Below, piece after piece: positions 1-9,018 of a stretch of 11,092 nt of DNA. The stretch comes from Geosiphon pyriformis uo1 (lineage: Eukaryota; Fungi; Glomeromycota), in contig JAAOMT010000221.1 of the NCBI GenBank assembly GCA_016748015.1, positions 10,255-21,346 on the forward strand. Reading direction: 5' to 3'. The translations under genes were made by a program, and so were the position numbers. Below the pieces are notes generated by a model. It was not told the DNA's origin, did no database searches, and saw only the letters and a program-made list of their open reading frames with translations. How positions within the stretch are numbered: position 1 is the stretch's first letter; each line of letters begins with the position of its first letter.

Positions 1-115
1 GAAGAAGTTTTTGTTTTTTATATTTGTTTTTATCTTTTATCTTTGCTTGGTTTTCACAATTTCTCAACTCACCAATTCTTTTGTTGTCTTCTTGGTGTCT
101 GATATTGTCAATGCT

Positions 116-1941
116 ATGTTCACAAAGAAATTGGCCAAAGATGTCACTACAAACTCTGTGAGTGGTAGTCTAAGACAAAAAACAAAGGTTTTACTTAGAA
201 AAGTTAAGCACTCGGGTAACAAAGCTGATTTGTCTTTCAAAATACCTGCAAGCAATTCCAGCCAGTACGAGAACATGGATATCTCTTCTGACAAAAAATT
301 AGGACACAAAATAGGCAAGAACTTGGGCTATGGTGCTGGCAGCAAGAGTGATGAGCTGCTAGACTCTTGCACCAACATCCCAAGGACTAAACATTTCAAC
401 TCTGGTATAATGAAGGCTCCTTTTTTGGGTTTTTGTGATTTTGGCTCTACCATTGATAACATTGACATGGACTTACCTCCCCCTGTTCCTTTAGAATCCT
501 CTCTTCATCTGGTTGCTTCTGTCAAGGAAAAACTTTGCTTTAATTCGACCAAATTCTTTGCACTCAACATTGGTCTGTTGACTATTCCTGAAAGTACTCT
601 ATGTAATAAACTCAAAAGTGTTAGAAAGCTATTCTATAAGATTGATGGTTTTGGGGGTGCATCAACTTCATTGAAATTTCCAGACATTGTTAAGGCATCT
701 TTCACATCTGAATCCAGTCTTACTTTGGCTAAACAGTTGGCTGTGTCTAAAAATTTTGTTGTCAATGCTGATCTAAAAAAAATCAGCATACAATCGGATT
801 GAAAAATTGTTATTAAAGAGATTCTGGTTGATCTGCCCAAATCAGCAATTGAGTCAGGTTTGGTTAAGTATGCAAAAATTTTTTCAATCAAAATACAGCT
901 GATTGGTCTTTGGCAGAAAGTGCTGGTGGAGTTTGAGAGTTCTCAGGTTACTGATCTGGTTGTGTTCAAATGGTCAATTTTACTGGATAAAGACTCAGCA
1001 CATGTTGCCAAAGCCAATGCCAACAAACAAACGTGGGATTTAAAGAACAGCTATCACACTCTTCTATATACTTTGCCAATAGGCACAACTGCTCATGATC
1101 TCTCAGATCTGGTTCAGTCATATGGTAAGAAGACTTGCTATATTTCTAGGAACTCAGTATCTTATGCATGAGCCCACTGTGCTGTTATATGTTTTGATAC
1201 TAAAGTTGCCAGAAAAGCTGCCATCTGCTTTACACCAATTTTTAAGGGTGTCAATCTTGTCTGGGCTGGTCTGTCTTCTCCTAAGTGTGCCACATGTGGT
1301 AATTTTGGTCATGTTTTTTCTGGTTGTAGCAGTGGTGAAAAAAACTTTGGGCAGAGTTTCAAAAAAAAAAACTTTGTTTTGATTCAGATAAGAGACACTT
1401 TATGCTCATCTATGCCAAAAAACAAGCTCCCATATCTCGTCTAGTCTTCTTTGGTGGTGCAACTTGGGCTTATGTGGTAAGCAGCTTCCCTAAAAATTTG
1501 TATTCTACACTGCTTATTGGGAACAATTTGAGCATAAGTTTAGTTAATGATTCGATGCTTACAGTTACAATTCTGGCTTTGCGTGTTAGTGTTCTTGAGC
1601 ATTTGCTTGAAAATGTGTCTGATCAAGTGGCTGACATTTCATGTAAACTAAACAGGTTGCTGGCTGTTTTGTTAGCAAGTTTTACTGTTCTACCCACTCC
1701 CAAACATAACTTAGTACTGGACATGGCTGTCGATACTTTGTTGTTCATTCTTTCTGTGCTCAGTGTGGTCACTGCCATCTCTCAGGACATTTCTCCAAGT
1801 GGTTTTTATGTCTTAACTGTGAAAGTAGATGGCCTAAAGACTAATCTGGCAGTTCTAAAAAATTTAGTTAAGGCAATATTAAATAAATTAAACTTTTTTG
1901 GTTCTGGCAGTGGTATAGTAACTTCTTTCCTTCTCCAATAA
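116..1941 (+). pseudogene. LINE ORF1 (gag-like nucleic-acid-binding protein: RRM-like domains, CCHC zinc knuckle, C-terminal coiled coils), disrupted
   Basis: ORFs 11..802 and 860..1171 share a frame and read through TGA 800 and TGA 1169 into CATCGNFGHVFSGC (CX2CX4HX4C, 1286-1327). A frameshift in the A11 run (1361-1371) joins ORF 1402..1941. First in-frame ATG is at 116. Confidence 0.85.
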
Positions 1942-4606
1942 GTAGTTTAGCTTGAAAAATTGCTACTTGTAATGTTAAGGTATGAATGTTCCTGTCAAAC
2001 AAGATAACATTATTAGATGACACATGGTTTCAAATAATGACATTTTAATAGTTACTGAAACTAAGCTTTGCTCCAGTATCAAGCCTTGGATTGCGAATAA
2101 GTTTCCTGGTGTAAGGGTGTTTACTTTAGGTCTGGATGCTGAGTTTTTAGGTATGGGCATCGCTTTAATCATGAATGAAAATTTAGCCAAACATATTTCA
2201 AAAATCTCTAAGATTCCAGATAGACTTTTGATGGTCTGTTTGCTATTCAAAAACAAACAATCTGTTTCTGTGTTGGGTTTGTATATGGAGACTTCTCTGG
2301 ATAAGCATATAATTCAGGCTGGCTTTGTTAATTTCTTTATAGCCAAAGCTTGTAATGAGAGTACTTTTGTTATTTTGGATGGTAATTTCAATAAAGATGG
2401 AAACAAATATAACTTTAGCTTTAGTAAGTGTGTGGATTTAGGTTTAGTTAATACATTGGTTAATAGTTCTTACATTAAAACTTCTACTTGAAGGAATTCT
2501 AGAGGTGTTGAAAAGACCATTGATTACATTTTTGTTTCACAAAGTTTAAGTAATATTTTAGTAAATAGGCATGTTGTGAATGTGGATAAATTTTTTAACA
2601 CTGATCATAGTTCTGTTCAAATTACAATTGGTCTTGGTGGAATTTTGGATTCTGTCTTAAGGGCTATTTGTGTTTAAGCCAATAAAGACAAGTGGAAATT
2701 TAATGTCAAAAATGCTAATAGGGTTAAATAGAAGCAGTATAGGACTATATTTTGTGATAATTTTGCCATGTTTTCTGATGAATTTACAGATTTTCATCAT
2801 TCATCTGATTTGAATAACATGTGGAGTGTTGTCTGCAAAGCTATTTGTTTCTTAGCAAATGAAGTTTTCTCAGAAACCTGGTCTAAAGATTTTGATGGTG
2901 GTTTTACCAAGTGTTTTTTCTGCTATTATAGATTGGAACTTTTGGTTTCTAAGTTGGTGAAGGCTTCATGTTCTGTGTCATCTAATAATTTTGTTTTCTT
3001 GTTAGATGTTTGGGTGTCTTTGGACTCTGTTAATGCTTCTGCTATCAAATCTTTTTTTCTTTTGAGATCTTATTTTGATGCTATTAGATCAGCTTTGGCA
3101 AAGGTTAAAAAATCTTATTATTTCCTAAAGATAATGGAATCAAAATTTGTTAGGGACTTTCAAATCAGGCTAGCAATTAACAAAAGGATGAAAAACTTTG
3201 AGTTGAATAAGGGCCAAACTATTAGAAATGTACTAGAATGGCCATTTTGCAAAGTCATATTGAATTACCTGGTTGTAAATGAGGACTTCATTTTGGAGTC
3301 TGGTTTGGTTAAATTTCATGTCGATAAAATTATGGAGGGCTGGACCAAAAAGCATGTAGTGGTTGATGACATTTTAGATGAATGGCATTACCAACTTCAA
3401 CTCTTGGAATATGTCTTTGATGATGCCTTTTCAAATGTTATGCACCCAATTAAGGTGGAAGAAATTCTTGATGTGGTTTTGAGTTTGCTTGATAATAAAG
3501 CTGCCAACCTTTCTGGTATTACAAATAAGCTGTGAAAACATTGTAACAGATCTGTTCTGGATTCATTTTTGGTGCTTTTGAGCTCTTGTTTAATTTGTGA
3601 ATCTGTTCCAGGTTCTTAGAAGAAGGCTTGAGTGTTTATAATTCCTAAACTCTATGACTGGGAGGGAGTTCTTATAAACACCCAACCCATAACACTGATT
3701 GAAACTGCCTGTAAAATTCTTTCTAAGATTTTCTCTGATAGGATCTCTGTGACATGTAGTAAGTATAACATTCTTTATGGTAACAACTTTTTAGTTCTTA
3801 AAAGTACAACAACACAATCTCCTATTTTTTGCTATTGATTTAGTGGTAAAAGATGCTTTAGAAAAGAATCATGAACTTTGGTTAGTTTTGTAAGACATGA
3901 GGAAAGCATATGATTCAGTTGGTTGGGAACATCTGAGGAGAAATTTGGTCAGAATCAAAATGTGCAGTAGATTCATAAAATTTTTTGGAAGTATTCACAA
4001 TAATCACATGAATAAAGTAATGACCAATTTTGGGTTGACTGATGGTTATAGTGTTCATGATAGCTTGGATCAGAGGGAAGTGTTTTTACCTCTTCTTTGG
4101 CATATTTTTTATGACACTTTGCTGTGCAAAGTAAAAAGACAAAAAGCAGTGTATAATTATAGGCTGAATTTGCATTATGTTGTCAAGACTGGTCACATAG
4201 ATCTCCAAGACAGTTTGACCTCTTTTCTTGTTGTAGATGCATTTGTCAATGATACTATATGAGTTGGTTCTAGTCAAACAGCTACACAACACATTCTTAA
4301 TGTTGCTAGTGAATTTTTCAAAATAAATGATATCTCAATTAACAACAACAAAACTGTAGCAATTCCGATTAATTGCAGAGTGGTGGCTTCTTTTTTATCT
4401 GTTAGTGGTGCTCCTATTTTCATTGCCAAAAAGGGGGTGTCTCACCAATATCTGGGTATTTTTTTTTCTTCCAATGGGTTATCTAAGCCTAGCTTGGCTA
4501 AAGCATATTTAAATATTTGGTTTTTTGCCAATCTTGTTCTAAGGAAAGCAATTTCAGACAAACAGTTCTCTTACTTGGTTTTGGCAGTTCTTCATTTTAT
4601 TGTTGA
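1938..4606 (+). pseudogene. LINE ORF2 5' part: apurinic-like endonuclease (~1938-2630) and reverse transcriptase (~3490-4480), disrupted and cut by a gap
   Basis: APE motifs: KIATCNV.GMN, IVTETKL, ILDGNFN (decayed GDFN), T*RNS...TIDYIF, TDH (2600-2608). RT motifs: KAANLSGI, IPK...TQPITLIETACKILSKI, L*DMRKAYDSV, LDQREVFLPLLW (decayed QG...SP), AFVND (4239-4253, decayed FVDD), INNNKT, YLGI. Frameshifts at ~1980 and ~3825-3830. Confidence 0.93.
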
Positions 4607-4954
4607 NNNNNNNNNNNNNNNNNNNNGATAGGCAAAAAGTTTTTTAAAACTTGCAATTTGTTATGACATATCAATATTTTAACACGGCTGAATCTTGGAA
4701 AAATTCTCATAAATTTAGGATAAATCATTTAATGCGAGTAATTTCATTATTTTCCAGAGTACTTGAACATATTTTCGTAAAATTGATAAAAAAATATTTC
4801 TATATATTTTTTGCTAATTGGATTTTAAACATTATAAAAATTAAGCTTCAATCTAATCACAAAATACAAAATTGAACATATTATAGTTTTACCATGAGAA
4901 AATACAAAAATATGATCATTATTAAATACTGTTTAAAACAATTTATATCAATAA

Positions 4955-4981
4955 AATAATAATAATAATAATAATAATAAT
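4955..4981 (+). repeat. (AAT)9 microsatellite
   Basis: Nine perfect AAT units. Confidence 0.9.
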
Positions 4982-5413
4982 AGATTAATTCTGTTATTTC
5001 TTTTGATAATGGTATGAAATTTCTTTCCTCAATACAATCTTTTTCTTTGAGAATTCATTCAAAAAAAAGTTAAAATATGTTGCTGTAAATTTTATTCATG
5101 TTAATGAATTATTCCAAAAACAAAAAATTTTTTATAATAGAAACTTTATTTAAATTTTAGTTTAAAAATGACAATTTTTGTATAAAAGTTTTTAGACCTA
5201 TTTTATTTTTAAAAAAAAGACTGAAACTAATTATTTTAAAAGTATTAACTTTAAAAAAAATAATTAGTTTATAATATTCCAAGTATAAAGAAAATTCATA
5301 ATTGAATTCACATTACTAAAAATAACTTTTTAATATTCATATAATTTGAAGTCAAAAGTAATATAACCACAATATTTGTTAGCCCAATAAAATGCTTGTA
5401 ATGCTAATTTAAC

Positions 5414-6157
5414 ATGAAATTAAAGTAGCTTTGCAAAAAGCAGTTTTATTGTACTTAATTCATTTTTTTATTTTTATTTTGTGGTTTTTATTTTATTTTA
5501 TTTAAATTTTAAAATTTATTATACAATTTTGTATTCATTTTAAAACTCTTTGATTAAATCAAATATTTTATTTGTGCAATTTTTGTATTATCTATGGTTT
5601 TATTATAATTAAAATACATTATTTTTGATAATTTTGTAAATTATTAACTTTATTATTAATCTTTTTTAATAACTATACAAACAGAATTTTTCAATTGCAA
5701 AAAAATCAATTAATTTAATAATCAAATAATTTTAAATTAAGAATTGTTTTTTTTATCTGCTTATAATTAATTTTTTTCTATTCTTAAATTAAAAAGAAAA
5801 ACTTTTATAATAATAATACATTCATTTTGAAAATTAACCTCAAAAATTAACAGAGTTTACAAAATTTATTAAAAAAAATTAACATTAAAAAATAACTGTA
5901 ATTTGTAATTAAAATGTGAAAAACTGATAATAAAATTTGTTTAATATTAACATTAAAAGTAATTTAAGAATTAACTTAAATTTAAATAGTTATTTAATAT
6001 TAAATAATAAATAATGTAATTAAAAAAAATTATTTCAAACTTGTATTTTTATTTAAGTTAAATAAAATTTATTTTTGTTGTATATTTACATTATTATTTA
6101 AGTTTATTAAATTATTTTTATATTTTAAATTATGTTGAGATTGGTCTTAATTTTTTT
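5414..6157 (+). repeat. Copy A of a ~750-bp AT-rich direct duplication (not attached to the LINE)
   Basis: Manual alignment with 7663-8420 gives 23 substitutions, a 1-nt indel and a 15-nt indel (~97% identity). Confidence 0.95.
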
Positions 6158-6355
6158 AAAGAGTTATCATGTCAAAAAAAATTTATTAATAATAAAATAC
6201 ACTTAAATTTAAGATCTAATTTTAAATATTATATTAGTTTCAAACTATAAATATATGATAAATAAGTAAAATTCAATAATAAAAAATAATTTTTATTTAT
6301 TAAATTTATTATAAATTAGTAATTTGAAAATTTCTNNNNNNNNNNNNNNNNNNNN

Positions 6356-7525
6356 CTTTTACATTGGCAGAGCTTTAGACCATTGCATTGGCCCTTGAGT
6401 GTATGTCTAGTTTGAATTCAGTCTATTTATTCTCTGACAGCCAAGCTGCTTTGGATGTGTGTAAAGCTGAATTATTGTTGTTGGCTCCAAATTTTCAGAA
6501 CAAATGTTGGATTGAACATTAATATATTGCTGGCATTATATGTAAAAAGAATTTGAATGTTGGCTGGTATAAGATTAAAGAACACTCAGATGTTTCAGAT
6601 AATGATCAGACTGAATTGCTTGCTGGTATCTTTTCTTATTCAGACTGGCTTCTCTCTTTTTGGCTTAAGGAATGTTTTTGTTTTGGCTAATGGCAGTATT
6701 GTTTTTAAAAACTCTAAACACTTTGTTTGTAATGTTTTTTGGTCTATTTATCATGCATGCTGAGAATTAGGCTCTGGTGCCAAAATTGTGGACAGTTGTC
6801 TGCTTACAAATATTGATTGGTTTAAATCATTTCTTGTTTGGCATCCTGACTCTCACATAACTACTGACTTTATGAGTCGCCACTTTGCTGGTTCCCATTC
6901 TTATTTTATGAAAGCTTTACATTATAGACTGCTTGTTGCTATTTGCAAACATCTCTATAATAAACATTACCCCAGTGTAGTGTGTTTGTATTGTGACAAT
7001 GTCAAAGTGTCAGACCATGTTTTTTCCTGTGCATTTAATATAACTGCTCAGCTTCAATTGTTTATTAATTTTGCTTCTGCTTGGAGAGCTATTTTTGGTC
7101 TATTCTATGTCTTCTCTTATGTGTCACAAATTTTATCCAATTGTTTGACTGATTTAGAACTGGTAGCTTTGCTGTGTAAAGATTTTGTGCTTGTGGATTG
7201 GTACCAGAAGGCTACTTCTTGCTTTGATAACTCTAAGACTGTGTCTAATAAAGTGATCAAGTTTGTTTATGGTTTGTGCCTGTCTTTTAGAAATAATATT
7301 TGGCTGGTCTGTTCCAAACATTATGTTTTTATGAAAAAACACAGTCTGATCTTTCACAATAGTTCAATCTCTGTTTCAGTACCCGGTGGCATGTTGACAC
7401 TTTCAGTCTATGCGATTAGGTTGCTTGGTATTGATGATGTATTTGGTGTTAGTTTTGGGTTGTATAGTTCCTGTTGGTTTTTCTTAGGTATAGGTAATTT
7501 GGTTTCTGTGTACATGAATGTATAG
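6356..7525 (+). pseudogene. LINE ORF2 3' part: RNase H domain (5'-truncated by the gap) and C-terminal CCHC (zf-RVT-like) region, disrupted
   Basis: Frame of 6361 reads TLAEL*TIALAL, LFSDSQAAL and WYKIKEHSDVSDNDQTELLA (decayed W.KVKGHSG..GNE.AD.LA). Frameshift in the T run at ~6675-6679. Then CLYCDNVKVSDHVFSC (6983-7030), NNIWLV and stop TAG at 7523-7525. Confidence 0.9.
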
Positions 7526-7664
7526 TGTAGTCTTAGTTGGCTTGAATGGCTAGTTACATGTAGAAAAAACATAATTCACACCTAGTATAGATCATTATTT
7601 TGATGTATTGTTACTAGGCAGTGTTTGGACTTTGCTTGTTAAATTTAATAAAAAAAATAATAAT
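7526..7664 (+). other. LINE 3'UTR with stem-loop (7578-7624) and AATAAA/A8/(TAA)n tail (7647-7664)
   Basis: Follows the ORF2 stop. GC content drops abruptly after the tail, and homology to the LINE-free copy begins at ~7663. Confidence 0.75.
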
Positions 7665-8420
7665 AAAATTAAAATAGCTTTACAAAAGCAGTTTTATTGT
7701 ATTTAATTTATTTTTTTATTTTTATTTTATGGTTTTTATTTTATTTTATTTAAATATTAAAATTTATTATACAATTTTGTATTTATTTTAAAACTTTTTG
7801 ATTAAATTAAATATTTTATTTGTATAATTTTTGTATTATTTATGGTTTTATTATAATTAAAATACATTATTTTTGATAATTTTGTAAATTATTAACTTTA
7901 TTATTAATTTTTTTTAATAATTATACAAACAGAATTTTTCAATTGCAAAAAAATCAATTAATTTAATAATCAAATAATTTTAAATTAAGAATTGTTTTTT
8001 TTATCTGCTTATAATTAATTTTTTTCTATTCTTAAATTAAAAAGAAAAACTTTTATAATAATAATACATTCATCTTGAAAATTAACCTCAAAAATTAACA
8101 GAGTTTACAAAATTTATTAAAAAAAATTAACATTAAAAAATAACTGTAATTTGTAATTAAAATGTGAAAAACTGATAATAAAATTTGTTTAATATTAACA
8201 TTAAAAGTAGTTCAAGAATTAACTTAAATTTAAATAGTTATTTAATGTTAAATAATGAATAATATAATTAAAAAAAATTATTTCAAACTTGTATTAATTA
8301 TTGGTTTATTTTTATTTAAGTTAAATAAAATTTATTTTTGGTGTATATTTACATTATTATTTAAGTTTATTAAATTATTTTTATATTCTAAATTATGTTG
8401 AGATTGGTCTTAATTTTTTT
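7663..8420 (+). repeat. Copy B of the ~750-bp duplication, directly abutting the LINE 3' tail and ending at a gap
   Basis: Same alignment; offsets 2249, then 2248, then 2263. Carries an extra AATTATTGGTTTATT at 8296-8310. Confidence 0.95.
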
Positions 8421-8601
8421 NNNNNNNNNNNNNNNNNNNNTTATATTCTTTTAAAACTATGTAAAACTTGCTGGTAAAAAAATCTAGCCGAAGATACCAA
8501 GTATCATCATAATCTGAATTTTGATCAAAAAAAAGCGGGAGCTTAACAAACCACAATATTTATTTGGAAAAGGCGTATGGTATTTTTATTTTACTATGCT
8601 T

Positions 8602-8943
8602 TTAAGAGATTTGGATACATAAAGACTGGAAACTTGAAGATGCCGAAGTGAAATTACCTTCATTCAGTTCCAGGCTTTTTGGTTTTCTGAGATATCTAAG
8701 TATCAATATTGCAAAAACCAAAAGAATCAAAACACCGCATATTATGATAATAGTTATGATTAATGTCGTATTGATAGTTGTTGGTGAAGATGAAGATGAT
8801 TCTGTGCTGGGTTTGATTTCAAATGAGTTTTGATATTTCAGGGGATATTTTGTGAGTTCCAACGCATTAGGTTTATATTTTGTTGTCCAATTAAAATTTA
8901 TCAGGTCTAAGACGCAAAATTGCTGAAATTGGTTAAATGGTTT
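8602..8943 (-). pseudogene. Probable last exon of the Kelch-repeat protein: final blade strand, Ser/Thr-rich stalk, single TM helix, short cytoplasmic tail
   Basis: The frame extends upstream of the ORF call to an AG acceptor at 8945-8944. It reads KPFNQFQQFCVLDLINFNWTTKYKP...STESSSSSPTT-LIITIIIICGVLILLVFAILIL-RYLRKPK (hydrophobic stretch then basic residues). Linkage to 9790-10385 across two gaps is inferred from strand and architecture. Confidence 0.7.
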
Positions 8944-9018
8944 CTATATTTTAAAATTTAAATTTTTAATACTCTAAAGAATTTTAGATTCAGAAATGGC
9001 TCTAAATTGAATACTCAC
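8944..9018 (-). other. Putative 75-nt spliceosomal intron
   Basis: Minus-strand GTGAGT donor (9018-9013), AT-rich body, TAG acceptor (8946-8944) immediately before the open exon. Confidence 0.55.

Larger units (their letters stand above)
1..7664 (+). mobile_element. Degenerate non-LTR retrotransposon (LINE; APE-RT-RNase H type), interrupted in the assembly by gaps and the contig 4607-6355; 5' end at or beyond the window edge
   Basis: Colinear ORF1 (CCHC knuckle), then ORF2 with APE, RT, RNase H and terminal CCHC motifs, a 3'UTR and an A-rich tail at 7647-7664. No LTRs. At least 15 in-frame stops and 4 frameshifts. That the two halves come from the same copy is assumed from scaffold order only. 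Confidence 0.93.

Noticed and set aside
11-115. Hydrophobic signal-peptide-like N-terminus of ORF 11..802
   Set aside because: Arises from a T-rich 5'UTR and a TTG start; first ATG is at 116.
1095-1382. ORF 1095..1382 and the N-terminal part of ORF 6557..6763
   Set aside because: Off-frame relative to the frames carrying the CCHC knuckle and RNase H motifs.
64-4292. Minus-strand ORFs 64..318, 634..891, 1975..2256 and 4086..4292 (also 7154..7357)
   Set aside because: Antisense shadows of the LINE ORFs with no recognisable motifs.
4651-4875. 74-aa ORF
   Set aside because: TTG start, low-complexity I/K/F/N composition typical of AT-rich non-coding DNA.
800-6763. Alternative genetic code (TGA=Trp), given many TGA at Trp positions
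   Set aside because: TAG and TAA stops, frameshifts and mutated catalytic motifs co-occur, and TGG is also used. G>A decay explains it.
5414-8420. Duplication as LTRs, a target-site duplication, or a DGR template/variable repeat next to an RT
   Set aside because: It does not flank the element and is far too long for a TSD. Differences are two-strand C/T and G/A transitions in non-coding DNA, not adenine-specific A>N in a gene. The RT is APE-linked eukaryotic non-LTR type, not DGR, retron or group II intron.
8441-8601. Possible longer cytoplasmic tail after the stop at 8602 (e.g. FDQNSDYDDTWYLRLDF)
   Set aside because: Needs extra stops or frameshifts and has no motif support.
8648-8833. Plus-strand 61-aa ORF
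   Set aside because: Antisense to the TM-encoding exon.
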